Assembly: GCA_009103225.1 (NCBI GenBank)
Contig: RHPI01003728.1
Coordinates: 69,719-133,718 of the forward strand
Source of the DNA: Chlorokybus atmophyticus
Taxonomy: Eukaryota; Plantae; Mesostigma and Chlorokybus algae
Length of the DNA: 64,000 nt
Reading direction: 5' to 3'
Under the pieces are notes generated by a model. The model worked only from the letters and a program-made list of their open reading frames with translations. It was not told the origin of the DNA and did not search any database. The position numbers were made by a program, and so were the translations under genes. Shown here in pieces: positions 12,584-26,653 of the stretch; position 1 is the stretch's first letter, and the number at the start of each line of letters is the position of its first letter.

Positions 12584-15500
12584 ATGCTGGCTCAAGCCCT
12601 GCTGCGCGTCGGCGGCCGCGCAGCAGCGGCCGCCTCCCGACGCCGCTGCTTTCACAGCGATTACATCCGCAATAACCACTTCCAGAGCGCTGGAGCAGGA
12701 ATCAAAAACTGCCAAGCAGCAGCCGCAAGCGTCTCGTCACAGTGAGCTTAACTTTGTCCCTTACACTGATGTCATGTGCATAGATTGGCGTGACACACAC
12801 ATTTATTGTGTAACTCACCAGTGCTTCTAAACACAGCAACGAGTACACCGGAAGCTATCATCTGCCCCTGGCGCTATGGCTCGCTGCAGCAGCTGCAGCG
12901 TGTGGTTCAAGTGGAGTTGCAAGAGCAGAGGTGCCAGCTGCTAAGGCGACAACAGTCATAGAAGAGCACCATCCTCCCCCTGGGTTCGTAGAGGAATTGA
13001 CGCAAGCACTTGGGGTACTGTCTCCTTTCTCCTCATCCTGTCTGCTTGCGCATGTGCTTACACTTCAATTGCACGCGTGTGTTCAAAGTGTGCTTAAGCG
13101 CGAATGGGTGTTCATCTGTGCATGGGTCTATCTGCAGTGCACCATTAATTTGAAATCGCTGCTACAGAATGAGAAGGTGGTCACAGACCCGAGCGAATTG
13201 GAACTGCACGGCAAGCCATGGAACAGTTATCACAAAGTGCTGAGCATGCCAGATGCTGTTGTGTACCCAACGTACGCACATGCATGTCACTTGGTTGCAA
13301 TGAGTGTACATATGGATGCACAAGCTCATCTGTGTTCTGCACGCAGTTGCACAGAAGATGTCGTGGCAGTGGTGAAGTTGTGCAACAAGTACAAAATGCC
13401 AATTGTCCCATATGGCGGTGCGACATCACTAGAGGGTCACACGCTCGCGCCATGCGGTGGCGTCACCATCGACTTCACCAACATGAAGGCCATCAAGGTC
13501 CTGAACGAGGAGGACCTGGACATCACCGTGCAAGCGGGCATGGGCTGGGTTGAGCTGAACGAAATACTGGCTGAGAAAGGGCTTTTCTTTCCCCTTGACC
13601 CAGGTCAGTGCAGGCTCCAATCCTGCATGCATACAATCAGCATGGGGTGACGCAAGCGCATGGCACAGACACACAGATGCATGCACGCACACGTCACATG
13701 CACACATAACAGGCTTTCTCTACTTCCAGGTCCAGGAGCGACAGTTGGCGGGATGGTTGCGTGTGGCTGTTCCGGTTCACTGGCAGTCAGGTGCGCACGT
13801 TGATAGCTGCCTTTGTAAGCTTGTTTTTTCGGCTGACTCACGCATCATTTGACACCGCGTGTGGAGCTGATGGTTGTTATTCAGGTACGGAACAATGAAG
13901 GACAACGTCCTGCGAATACAGGCAAGTATTGCAAAGCACTGTTACATATGCCTAACTGTAACTGGCCATTGTTACAGTGGTTACCTGGTCTACGCTTCTT
14001 CTGGTTCCACTCCAGTCAGCTCATGTGAGTACATGTTGCAAATGCGCAGGGTGTGCTTCCTTCTGGGGAGGTGATGTCAACAGGTGGCCGTCCACGCAAG
14101 TCCGCTGCGGGGTATGACTTGGTCCGCATCATCACGGGCTCAGAGGGGACGCTGTGTGTGGTTACGGAGGTGACACTGAAGCTGCAGCGCATCCCACCGT
14201 ACACCGCCGTCGCCAGCGCTACCTTCAACGGCATCCATGATGCGGCGAAGACTGCAAGCGATACATTGCATGCAGGCGTGCCCGTAAGTGCAAACATTGT
14301 TCATCTTGTGCATGTGGGCTCAAAAGCTTGAGCTGATGTGTTGGGTTTCGTGGCACGATAGCTTGGCCGGTGCGAAATGATGGATGAGGTGATGATGCGC
14401 GCCGTTAACGAGGCTAACAGCCGCAACATGCCGGAGAAAGTGACTCTGCTTTACGAGTTTGTCGGCACACCCGCCTCCGTCGAGGAACAAGTAAGACATG
14501 GCCTGCCTTGTCGTATCCGTCTAGTTTTCTGTTGTCTCACCCTGTTATGTTGTACCCCCCATGTACTAGGTTAGGTTAGCTGAGGAGATTGCCAAGCAGA
14601 ATGGATCTGGTGACTTTGTGTTTACCTCTGACGAAGAGGAGAAGCACAAGCTGTGGCAGGTGCGTGTGTGTTTGGCGCTGCATTGCACACTACAAGGGCC
14701 TTTGTTGCAAGCCAATGAGGGTGGGTTGGCTCTCTGTGTCAGGCACGCAAAGAGGCTCTGTGGTCAGCAGCGGTGTTGAATCCGGATGCTGAGGTCATGA
14801 TTACGGTGAGTTCGTATGCAATGCGTGTAGGTATTAGTATCGCTTATAGCAGTACAAGGGAATCCGCAATGGTCACCATTCTGTATATACCCTGCAGGAC
14901 GTCTGTGTGCCGCTTTCGAAGTTGGCAGATCTCATCACAGAGACAAAGGTGAGAATATGGCCGTCTTGGGGCTGTGTGTGTGGACTTTGTCACAATGTTG
15001 CGCCATGTGTTGTGATCCTAACCAGGCATTGTCTGGACTTTGCAGGAAGAGTTGAAGAAGTCATGGCTGGTTGCGCCCATTGTTGCTCATGCTGGCGACG
15101 GCAACTTCCATGTTTTCATCATGTTTGATCCCGACAACCCTAAAGATATCCAAGAAGCGCTGAGGCTCAACAAGAATATGGTGACTATAAGCGCATGGGC
15201 GAATGGCATTGCATTCTCCTTACACACAAGTACAATCGACTAGTGGACCACGGTGGTGATTGTGTGCTAATTGTCAATTAGGTGAAAAGGGCAATCTCAA
15301 TGGAGGGTACGTGCACGGGCGAGCACGGGGTGGGCGTGGGCAAAATCGCCTATCTGAACGATGAGATTGGGCCTGGAGGGTTGAAGATGATGGAGTTGAT
15401 AAAGCGAGGCATTGACCCGGACAATATTATGAACCCGGTACGCTTTGGTTGGGTTTGGCAAAAATGCACACTATGCATGCGTAGAGCGATCAAGTCCTGT

Positions 15501-15669
15501 CCTACATTGTGGTCAGATACTGGCTTACTGGCTGCGTGGCAAGACTTGATGTTGCAAGTGCGTTCCCTTGGGGTCGTCAGTCTGCTGCTTGCATGCTTCA
15601 CTGCCGCTTACTGCTGGTTAATTTTGCCTGATGCAGGGCAAAGTTGTGCGGCTGGAAGGATGCAGATGA
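12584..15669 (+). CDS. DLD: Mitochondrial D-lactate dehydrogenase (cytochrome), FAD-linked oxidase type 4
   Basis: Transit-like MLAQALLRVGGRAAAAASRRR. Motifs: PDAVVYP, IVPYGGATSLEGH, FFPLDPG-PGATVGGM, YGTMKDNVL, GGRPRKSAAGYDL..GSEGTL, DVCVPLSKL, AHAGDGNFH, GTCTGEHGVGVGK, IDPDNIMNP-GKV. About 13 exons. Stop at 15667-15669. Confidence 0.95.
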
Positions 15670-16600
15670 GGACAACCCACGTCTAACACAAACACGCGTT
15701 GCGCAGTATCTTACTTTATGTGACATGACGAATACATACAGGATTGTGCTTAGCTTGTTGGGTTGTTTCTGTTCTTAGGGTGGGTGGCGTGCACAGGCAT
15801 GGGCTGCTGCAGCTTGGTTGGCAATCCCTACCCGACACCACTCGACTGTTGCCAATACGCTGAAGGCATCAGCCTGAGCTGGTGTGTACTGTGTATGAGA
15901 GGACGTGCTAGTTGATGCTGCTGGCCAGCGGCGGTTGTACAGTGGCTGGTGTGGTGGAGTTGTGATGGTCTTAGGATTGGTACGGACATTGTTGGGGGCT
16001 TGTGGATCACATTGTTGTTGATTAGATGTTGGTTGCATGTAAGCTATAGAGGTTCTGATGCAGGCCCCGTTGTCAAATCTTGAGCTTCAAGATATGCGCG
16101 GTGTACCCTAGCTGTAGCATGGTTACTGTCACAGAATTTTCAGGTGTGCACGCCCAAATGACTTCTTGTACACAAGCGCCCTAGTCCATCAGGCATGCTG
16201 TTATAGGCGACGCAAGTAAAGACATCGGAATAAGTTTTGCAAAAGGTGTATCCAGCACAGTTTATTGCCCAATTGGAGCAACACAGGACCAGCCCGTATC
16301 CCTTGCTTGTCGACAACTTTTTGAAGCACCCCAGGCTATAGCACCAAACCACATGAGCAATGCCTTGGGCATGAGTAGCTTCTCCTTGTGCCCTTTTGTA
16401 CAAAAGGGGTGTGCTACGATGTGTAAATGTGCATACTCACAAAGCGAGTCAATGAGTAGGTGCCTGCCGTGTCAAACTGCATGATTGTGCACGAATGATG
16501 CCGCACGTCAAGCATAGCGACTCAAGGCAGCCAGCAACACACACTTGTGCATGTGAGAACAAGCAAGACGGCAGGACACGCAAGCTCAACACAGCGAGCG

Positions 16601-19221
16601 CTATGACTTAGTTGTTGTCCTTTCAAGTGATTTCATACCCTCCTCTGCTTGCCGGGCAGCCTCCTCCTCTTGCTTCTCTTCTTGCTCATCTTCCACCTCA
16701 TCCTCTTGCTCGTACTCCCGTTCAGCCGCCATAGCCTTCACAAGAGGATCCCGAAGCTCCGAGATTAGCCCTCCTGCAAACAGCACAAACGCTGTCATTA
16801 ATAAAGGTGCACGTTGCTTGTTTGACGGTTAAGTTAAGTTGGTTCCATGAGCGTGTGACCATGACTTGTGTGTGACTTGTGCTATGTGCTGGGGCAATGC
16901 AATAATGGAGGAGCCAGCTGTCAGCAAACCCAACCCTGCAAACCGCAAAACAGTGTGACATTCTTTCTAACTCGCCTGCTCGTTCGTACTCGGCCTGGCT
17001 TCCCTCAAGGTATATTCTGTTGTCCTTGCCATGGCCAGCAGGAACATCCACGGCGAGCAGCTTGAAGATGTACCGGCCTTTCCGCTTCTTGGCCTCCACG
17101 CTGACCAGTCCCCTGTGTTCTGAGCCCTTGATGGGGAAGATTAGATGCGCCCGCCGTCGCAAGAGGCGCGGCCACAGATGCCTCAGCCTCAATCCGCCGC
17201 CAGACATCACATATGCGCGCACGTCCGTGCCCGTTATAGGGGGCCCCAAAACCTCCAGTGTCTGTGACAGTGGACAAGCATGAGGCTGTGATGGTATGCC
17301 ACACGCATCAGAAGTGTTGCGGTTGAGAGGTTTGAGAAAGGCTTGCCTCTGGTGAGGTATTTAACCGTCGCATGGCCTTGCGATACAACACGTCGGGGTC
17401 AACGGTGTGCAGACGCTTGAGAATGAGTGCAGCAACCAGAACGAACGAGCCGGCCAATGCCATGAAGCCCAGTTGGGGCAGAATCTCTGCAACGTTGACA
17501 AACAGTCCCGCACCATATATAAACACCTGATGGCAGCACCAGCGCTTTGTTACCAGGATGGCATTATACAAGCTGAAAGAGAGATGCAACTGTGTTAACA
17601 CCAACCTGCCATAGGAGAAAAGAGAACACAATGCCGGAAGTCAAGACAATCAGGCGAAAATGCCGCTGCCAGAATGCTGACACCTGTTTATAGATTTTGC
17701 CAGTCAGTCGACACTGTGAGCATGTTACGGGCGGTGCACAGTAGGTCACAGGCACTGCTTTGACTAGCATATGTCAATGGCATAACTACGCAGCGCATTT
17801 GCGCATGGGTGTACATACCAACATGCCATGAGCAAAAGGGCTCAAGTGGTTGGAATGTAGATTGCCACAACCGCAGTAAGAGTAACAACTAGTCATTTGT
17901 GTGTAGCATTGGTTCAAGAGCTTGCATGCGCAACTTCATTTCACCTGGAGTGAAACAGCCTTAGCAATGGACTGCCAGCCGCTTTTGATCTGGTGCACAA
18001 GGGAGGCAAAAACCCTTTTCATGGGTTGAGTCATCGCCTGCCAGGCCGCCACAGCCATGCGGCCAAATGTGGTGTCTTTGAGGCTGGTAACGGCTTTCGG
18101 CAGCTTGATGCGCGCTGTGACGGACGCGAGGGCTTTCTTGACGCTGTCCAATGGGCGCAGACTGCGCACTTGCAGCTGCACTCTCCTCCATAAGCTTGCG
18201 CGCGCTGCAGCAGTGTCCCCAACACCAACTGGTAGCGTGCGGCCCTGTCAGCATTGCTCACTAGTCTGTACAGGCTCTGTGTGTTGGTACAAGGCATACA
18301 GCAATCTTGGGATGCAATGCTGCACGACTGTGACAAGCACGACTGTGACAAGCACTGCCAATGTGCTTTCGCCGGTCTTGCATGTTGTGTGGACAACGTG
18401 CACGAGGACAAGACGCCTGTGGTTGTCAATCTCGACATTGCACACTCAGCATAGCAACCCAAATCTCAAGCAATGTTGCTGCTTGCTCTGCTTCTAAACG
18501 GTATCACTCGACGTTGATTCCCCAACAACAAAAAACAGTTAGCAATAAGTGAAGCGCATTTGTACTGTCACCATTGTTGCTGCAAGGACAACGTTGCATT
18601 GCACGGTTGTCCTGATATCCCAACATGCCTTCATTCATGCAAGTAATCACATTTTTCATGGAAGGCGTCATTGCCTAAGAGCACCAACCAATGCACGGCG
18701 CTTGACCTCTGTTTTTCTGCATAACGCTAACTGACCTGCAACCTTGATGACTGCAAGCTTTCTCCATTCCCCCTTGGCCTGAGGTTGACTGCCTGCTGCT
18801 CAGCAGTCGTGCGGACTCCTCGTCTAAGCGCAGCCAGCTGGGGCGCAGTGCCCCGACAAGAGGCGGTAGCTGCTGCGGCAGCAGCAGAAGGCGGCAGCAG
18901 CAGCGCCTTGCCCGCCTTCAAGCCTGCTGATGATGACAACGCCGTGCTGAAGGAAAAGCAGGAAGAGGAGGAGGTTTGTCCTGCTGCCCAGTTGCCCCAT
19001 GCTGCTCGCTGCTGCTGAGCTATACGGCCAGCAGCATGCGGCCTAGCAGCAAAACCCTGCCACGATCGACCGGGCATATGCCTGGAAGCAGTGGAGGCGC
19101 TGCTAGAGGCGGTACCGCCATTGCTGTTGGCAGCAGCCAGATCCCCAACCAACCCCCTCCATGCTGCGCCGGCGGACGCCGCCGCCCGCCCCGCCGCCCT
19201 CATGGCGCCATTTGCGTCCAT
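16601..19221 (-). CDS. Plant-type TIM21-like mitochondrial inner-membrane protein (At2g40800-like family)
   Basis: Exons encode VDPDVLYRKAMRRLNTSPE-VLGAPITGTDVRAYVMSGGG...LIFPIKGSEHRGLVSVEAKKRKGRYIFKLLAVD...GGLISELRDPLVKAMAA and an acidic tail, matching the remembered plant family. The start codon is uncertain because the frame stays open further upstream. Confidence 0.85.
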
Positions 19222-19347
19222 GCTGAAGGAAGGTCTGTGCTTGTGTGCATGGGCGGCGACGGCGACGGCGGCAGGCTGCTGTTTGAAGGCGCAAGTCGGC
19301 TGGCTTTGTCGTGCTGCCCTCCTCTCCTCCCCTCCCTTCCCCCGCAG

Positions 19348-22343
19348 ATGGCAGCGCCGCTGCCGGATGGGCTGGCAAGGCGGGTCAGAAGCCAGGCGGT
19401 AAGGGGGTTCTTTGCGATTGCTTCGTAGCATGACATGGTGATTGAACAACGGCCAACCTTCTGCTTGATCTCTGCATTCATAGCAGCATTGAGCTGTGCG
19501 GTTTGCTGCTTGCCAATGAGCCTCTCCAGCTCGTGCAGTCCTGTTGCGGTGCATGTCACTTACAGGTGTTTTGTCAGCACTGTGCATGCAACACTTTTGG
19601 CGTTCATGGTTGTTGATTGAGCTCTGCAACTACACCTTGTTTGTCAATGATCTCAGGCTGCAGTGGTGGCGCGCACGCTCGCAGCGGACGCAACCGGCAA
19701 GGGAGGCGCCGGTTTGAAGCGCATGGTGCTTGGCGCAGAGGGCGTGCAGGCAAAGAAAGCAACTTACAAGCTATGCTGCGAAACTCTGCGCTGTACGTGT
19801 GTTGCAATGTAACATGCTATCAATCACTGTACATGCGGCCATGTACATTGGACACGCAGTTGAGGCTCAACAGCACTTGTTCCGTCCTTGCTCATCATTA
19901 GAGCTGATGCTGAGCTTGACCAGTTGTTGCGCCTTAACACGCAGCTGCATGACAGGCTGCAGTTGCACATACAGCACAGATGGCATGTTGCTGTATACGT
20001 GTTGACTTTCAGTTGCCTTGCAGTCCATCCGTTGCTGCAGCAGTTGCTTGAGCTAACAGGCGTTATCAAGTACAAACGCAAGGTAATGTGAAGAAGAGTT
20101 GTTTTCAGTGCTAGATTAGTTAATCCGTTTCCATTTGGAACAGCTGGTCTGCATGATTGAGTTGTGCAATGGTTGGAGGAAAGTGCCCTTTGTTGGCATG
20201 CGCAATAAGCCCTTGTCGTGCTGTGCAGATGAAGCCAGGCCTACTTGAAGTGTTGGCGTATGAGCTGCTGTTGGGTCAGGCAAGTGGAGCAGCCTCTTTA
20301 GGCGTGTTACGGGTGATCACTTTAACACAACATAACTAGACCCTGGCTTGCATGCGCAGGGCATCGCGAACCCTTCCGGGCCGGCTGAGTCCCTCATCGC
20401 CAAGCATGCGAGTGCGTTGAAGTCTGCGCTGGCAAGAGCGAAGGTGAAAGCGAGGGTGTCAGATGCTTCGCTTTTGTTGCCTGAAACCGCTGCCCAGCAT
20501 TCGGGTCTGTGCGAATCCACATCGCTACTTCTGTCGCTGCGTGTATATGTAGTCGTGCCACCTGCATACCCAGTAAAGCAAGTTTGAAAGTCTTACTGCC
20601 ATTGCAAGTGCTGTTCGTGGGCCAAGTCTTGACAAAGCAATCAGAACGTTTTTCCTATTCGCAGAGCATCCGCGCTATGTGCGTGTCAACACTCTGCGCG
20701 TGACGTTAGACGAAGCAAGGCGTGCGCTGGAGTCGGTGCGTTGTATGCTGTCGTATTGGCCTAAGCATCCTCAACGCTGACCTGTTGCATAGTTCAGACG
20801 ATGTGCATGCTGTTTCTAGGAAGGGTTGGTTGTCACAATGGATCCGCATATCCAAAACTTGCTTGTGCTGCCTGCCGGCACGGACCTGCACAACCATGCG
20901 CTGGTTCAGAATGGCTCCATTATACTGCAGGCAAGTCCTACAAACATGTACAGACAGAAGCTGTCGGCATTGGGGTGCAAAAGTATGCAAGCCAGCGATG
21001 CTTCATGTGGTTTGCACTGCAGGGCAAGTCAAGTTGCATGCCAGCGCAAGTGTTGGACCCACAGCCTGGCTGGAAGGTATGGACACTGCGTGAGATGGTG
21101 GATGAGAGCTTGTATGTGTGATTGCTAGACAGTCAACTGCATCTCACCGCATGTCTTTCAAGGTGCTGGATGCATGCGCGGCGCCAGGCAACAAAACCAC
21201 CCACCTTGCGGCGCTGATGGGTGGCAAGGGCAGCATCACTGCAGTTGATGCAGACGCGAAACGGTTAGAGCTGTTGAAAGCTACGGTTAAGCTTGCTGGC
21301 GCTAACATAGTTAAGGTCGTGCACGGCGACTTCCTAAAGTTGGATCCGAACTCAAAGGACTTGTGCGAGGCAAGATTCCGTGTTGTTCTATTGGCGACAC
21401 ATTGCTAACACTGCTAACTGCCAACTGAAGCGAGCTTGGCAGGTTCAAGCCATCCTTCTGGATCCAAGCTGCAGTGGATCAGGAACAGTGGCTCGTAGAC
21501 TGGACAGGTTGCTCCCGTCAAGCCAACCGACTGCAACTGCAGGTACGTTTCCAATCCTTGGGTTTCAGATGGGAGAGACTGAACCCACATGTATGTAGCT
21601 CAACGGGTGTAGTGCGTGCGTGCGTGCGTGCGTGCGTCCGTCCAGATTCTGGGTTGTAGTGAGTGTGTTCTTGCAGTGGCGCCTAGTCTGAGCACCTGCC
21701 AATGCTTTGCAGATACAGAGCGCGATGCACGGGATGCGAAACGGGTGGAGCAGCTGGCAAAATTTCAGGAGGCGGCATTGCGGCATGCTCTCAGTTGTGA
21801 GACTTGTTGTAGATCACCCTTCCCATTGCGTGCGTGTCTCAAACTGCCAACATCTTCGTATGTACTGCAGTTCCAGGCGTCACACGCGTGGTGTACTCAA
21901 CCTGCTCCATACATGAAAGAGAGAATGAAGGCGTTGTAGCCGCAGTCCTGCTGTATGCTGCCGAGCAAGGGTTTCAACCTGAGAAGACCCTGCCAGAATG
22001 GCCGCGTCGCGGCCTTCCCGGCACACCCCACGGTAGCATCCACAGACCTAGACTAAATTTTGCTCAACACATCTGTGCCATGTGCAGGCTGGCTTTTTCT
22101 GTCAAGTTGCTGTGCTGAGATGTGGTGACAGGTGACTGCTTTGTGCGCGTGGATGCGGAGGAACATCAAACAGATGGTTTCTTTGTAGCATTGTTTGTGC
22201 GCCAAGGGCATGGCGATGATGGTATTCAGTTGGAAGGAACGCCGGACCACGAGGCACTGTCCTCGGCGCAGGCCTCTCGCTTGCGGCGGCGCAAACTCAA
22301 ACGCATGCGCAAGCGCCAAGTGCAGGTGGAGGGCTCTTGCTGA
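19348..22343 (+). CDS. NSUN5: 25S/28S rRNA cytosine-C5 methyltransferase (NSUN5/Rcm1)
   Basis: KATYKLCCETLRY, HPRYVRVNTL, DPHIQNLLVL, GKSSCMPA, VLDACAAPGNKTTHLA, ILLDPSCSGSG, LAKFQEAALRHAL, RVVYSTCSIHERENE, TDGFFVALF. Stop at 22341-22343. Confidence 0.93.
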
Positions 22344-22974
22344 CCGTGCTCTCTGTGGCTTTGCGAGAACTCGGTGCTAATGTTGATGCATGCGCCAGTG
22401 TAGCCGACTTAGTGCTTTTCGACACTGCAAATACGCAACGTCAAACAGCAACGCTGTTCCACAGTTGTGTGCATTGCAAAAGGTGCAGCTGACAAAAGTA
22501 TCTTGCAAATCCGTGATCAATGTTTGCCTGCACATACACTCTGCACTTATGGAAGTGCTGGATTATTGTACGCCAAAACGAAATTCACCAGAGACACATA
22601 GCCACTGCATATGATTAGTCTTGGACTGTGTGCATTGTTACACTGCTTACCTCTGCCGAAAACAGCTACACTGTGGAAACGCATCGAACTATGTACAAGC
22701 ATATATGCTGCCTCACTGCCTGCCTTGCATGCACATAGGTCCAGCCCCATAGCTAGCTAGTTGTATGTGCCTTATGGTGGTCTATATTGCTTTGGTTGTT
22801 GTGTGTCTGCTTGTTTGCTTGTGGCCCCTCTGTTATACCCTATGTTGCTGCGGCTAATGAACGTAGTAAAATCTGTTGTAGCGCGTGCGAAAACAAGCAC
22901 GCTGCATCTCGTCAGGCCGGTGATGCCGCCGTTCTATGTTGCGCAGGGTTTGGTGTAGTTCATGATATTAACGA

Positions 22975-23727
22975 TTATCCATGAGCTCCCTCCGCCGCAT
23001 TGAGCGCACTTGCTTGCGCCGGCATTCCATCGTGTGCATTGCCACCGTTAGCGTTGACTTGGTGGCGATTGTGGTCACCAATTACATCCGCAATCTACCA
23101 CAGACAATATACCAACTGATGATGACAACAACAACAACAGCAGCACCACCACCACCAACAATAAGAGCAGCAACGGTAACAGCAACAGCAGCAGTGGTGA
23201 GAACCACCCCAGTGAGCACCTTTTTCATTGTAATAAAAGCGACAGCCGCAGCAGCAGCGAAGTCTACAACATCCTCGCTATCACTGCTGTCCATTTCGTT
23301 GTCGTTGTCAACGTCCTCGTTTACTTACTGCATGATCATCTGCAATGGTTGAGAGGGATGGGCATAGAGAAGATTCGTTGCAGACTGGCATGTGTGCATT
23401 TATCTAACAAGCATGCCACATGCGCTCAAGTCCAGTGATGTCTGTCATGCTGTACGCAGTGCGTCGGTGTGTGTTTGGCGTGCTTACTGTGCATTGATGA
23501 CTGCATGCGCTTCTTCTCTCAGACAGACCACAGACCATCTTCACATGCGTGATGGACAGACTCCATACCTCTCTCCATACCTCAACGGCAGCAGCAGTCG
23601 CGGCGGCACGGTCCCCGCCTCCTTCTCCTCCCGCATCCCCATCATCGCCGACTATTCCAGCATATTCTCCCCTACTCACCACCTCCGCCACCACCCCCGT
23701 CGTCGCCGCCGCCGCCGCCGCCGCCAT
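22975..23727 (-). CDS. Possible small low-complexity hypothetical protein
   Basis: CG-rich first exon 23727-23581 (MAAAAAATTGVV...AVE, donor gtatgg) and further exon-like blocks (EDVDNDNEMDSSDSEDVVDF; IADVIGDHNRH...AHG*). The splicing phase could not be resolved with certainty. Confidence 0.3.
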
Positions 23728-24053
23728 CACTCGCGGCAGCACTGGACTATCACAAACCGCAGTCGTTTGAACTCGAAACGGCTCCAGAACAAAACGCGGG
23801 AAAACGCCGCACATCCTGTTTTAATCAATGACTGCTCTTGTGTCAGCAGCGGGTGTGAAACTGCTGACATGGCAAAAAGCAAGCAAGAAAACTGCAACAG
23901 ACAGAGTGAGATGAGGATGAGCGAGTGAGTGAGTGGGCAAGTGCAGTGTGGCAGGCTTTAAGGTTGAGGGTGGTACGGGCGGCGGTGCGAGAGGAAGCAG
24001 CAGAGGTTGTGTGGAGTTGAGCGTTGTGTGGAGTTGAGTGTGTGTGCGGTGGC

Positions 24054-25781
24054 ATGAGCTCAGCCAGCGTCGGGGTGGTGGTGGTGCTGCCGAGGCTCCT
24101 GCGCCCATCCAAGTCTGCTGCTGCTCCAGCTGCTGCGCTACCTCGCTCCGCCTCCGTCGCAGCGTTGCACGCCAGCAGGCCTGCCGCCGCTGGCAGTAGT
24201 AGCAGCAGGAGCTTTGTAGCCCGGCCGGCCAGAGGCCAGCAAAGCAGCCCGGAGCAGCCGCAGCAGCAGAGCAACAGCGGCCGGTCCACCACTACTACCA
24301 ACACGCCTTCCGCCGGGGTATGTTGTGTTTGCCATCATCAGCATGCATGCACTGCCTTCCATGCATGTGGTTTCTCTTGGCTTTCGACTGCGGAGTTGTC
24401 CAGCTGGACATGCATGTCCGTTGCCGTAGTTGACGATTGATCGATTGCGTTGTGCTTGCTATCATTCTTGCATAGCAGGTGTAGCGTGCAGCATGCAAAG
24501 TGTTTTGCACCAGGTTGTTCAGGTGCGTGCGCGGAGCTCGTCTGTAGGGTTGGGCCGGCGCTTTGCTGCGGCCGCTGGGATCTGCACCTCTCTGCTGCTC
24601 GCTTTCCCGCTAACAATGGCGTGGTTCAGCAGTGGCACATCAAACGATGACCTCATCGATCGCCTCAAGCGTGAGAAGCTGGTTACAGCCCCGACACAAG
24701 CATGCATGCTGCTGTTAGGGTTGTCAGGGTTTGCATGTGCATGCCATCTTAAGCGTTGGTTTTGCCTGATCAGTTGTAATGCATGCTCTGCTCACTTGCT
24801 ATGTGCATGCCGTCATGTTGACAACGTTGCAGGTTACAAATTGATGGCATTTGATATTGTCTTCTTGTCTCAGAGCATGGGATTCTCAAGTCAGAGCGCG
24901 TTATCAAGTACATGCGGCAGATTGATCGCGGGCTGTTTGTGCCCGGCGGCGGGAGGCAGGCGTATTTTGACCAGCCGCAGCCCATCGGGCACAACGCCAC
25001 GATCTCCGCGCCGCACATGCACGCATACTGCCTTGAACTGCTCAATGAAAAGCTTTACCCTGGCGCACGTGCCCTCGATGTGGGCTCCGGCTCCGGTTAC
25101 CTCACTGCCATCATGGCGCTTATGGTGAGTGCACTTCATATTGAGTGCAATGGTTTGCATGTTGGTTGCCAGGGTGCTCAACTGTTGTCACAGGTGGGAG
25201 AGCAAGGTGTAGCAGTAGGCATTGAGCACATCCCTGAACTGGTTCAGTCTGCTATCCAAGCTGTAAAGAAGACTCCCGCTGCGTCATTGCTCGAATCCGG
25301 AGCATTGAAGTTTCTCGGTAACTAAATTCAGTGGTTATCCAATCTAGGCACAGTGGCATCGTTCACTATGTCTTTTTTTTTAATACGAGCAACTAATCTG
25401 TCTCTTGCACTAGTGGGTGATGGTCGCCAAGGGTATCCTGATTGCGCCCCGTACGATGCTATTCATGTTGGTGCGGGTGCAGCTGAGCTGCCGCAAGCTC
25501 TGATAGATCAGCTCAAGCCGGGAGGCCGACTGGTTGTGCCTGTTGGGCCTGTGTGGCAGGTATGCTTACTTGGTGTAATGGTTTGGAGTCAGCACGTGCC
25601 CAAAGGTTGCATTCTGTTGCATGTGAGTGGCTCGTGAGTGACGGGAGGTTTCTCTTGCAAGGGACAGGAGTTGTTGCAAATTGATAAGCTTGAAGACGGT
25701 ACTGTTGTGACCAAGAGCACTATGGACGTGCGGTATGTACCTTTGACAAGCCGAGAGTCACAAGAAAGCACGTTGTGGTAA
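24054..25781 (+). CDS. PIMT: Protein-L-isoaspartate O-methyltransferase with N-terminal extension
   Basis: [70 protein letters not shown]; [10 protein letters not shown]; [36 protein letters not shown]; VRYVPLTS. Stop TAA at 25779-25781. Confidence 0.95.
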
Positions 25782-26653
25782 GCGTTGAAAGTCTGTGTGC
25801 CTGCGTTGAGGCGCAGTATCCTTGTCCATTGCACTTTCTGTTTTCGTTTCCGGGTTCATGAAGTAGTGTTCATAACCCATGCAACTTGTTGGATGCAACC
25901 CATCAAACCATTTGTATGTGTCATAAACACTGTTGCTGCTGAGGCCACTCACAAGCCTGCCCATGCATTGCCTGTAATGCTCTAGCAGTTAGTGAGTATA
26001 GCTGACCGGCACTGCAATCTGCAGATCCGTGCGTTGCAGGCGAGGGACTTGTGGTGGGTTTTTGTCAGCCATGCTTGTCGTGTTTGTATATTGTTTGCAC
26101 TCTTGAGGCCTCCACTCGATCGCTAAGTGAGGTTGGCAACCCAACTTGCGGCAGGCTCCAACAGCTTGGCTTGCATCCTTGAATGCATTTGCCGCAGCAT
26201 TCCAAGCTCATGGCCTTGCTATCTTTGCATACAACGTTTCTGGTTGGAATGCTGTCTGCGGCTGTAGTTGGTGATGAGGCGCATGCTTGTTACTGTGGGC
26301 TTTCACTGGGGCTTCTGCATTAGTAATTTGGCATGCGCTGTGCACCTACCTGTGTATATGTGTAGTGCACGTGGAGTAATAGATTGATGATGTTCACTTT
26401 GCCCCTTCGCGCACTGGGGCCCAAGCGCACTCCAAAGGCTAGAACTATGTGACAATGAGCCATGTTTCGCTATACACAGGGCAGGAAGACATATTGCTGG
26501 TTACGAATGCACAGTAGTGGAGTCGCAGGCAGGAAGAGGAGGGCTAGAGTGTACCAAAATGCAATGCGTCAAAGTGTACATGTTATGTGACACGCAGTTG
26601 TGCACGCGCATCACCATGCCTACTTTCAAGAGTACTATACACGTCATAGTTGT

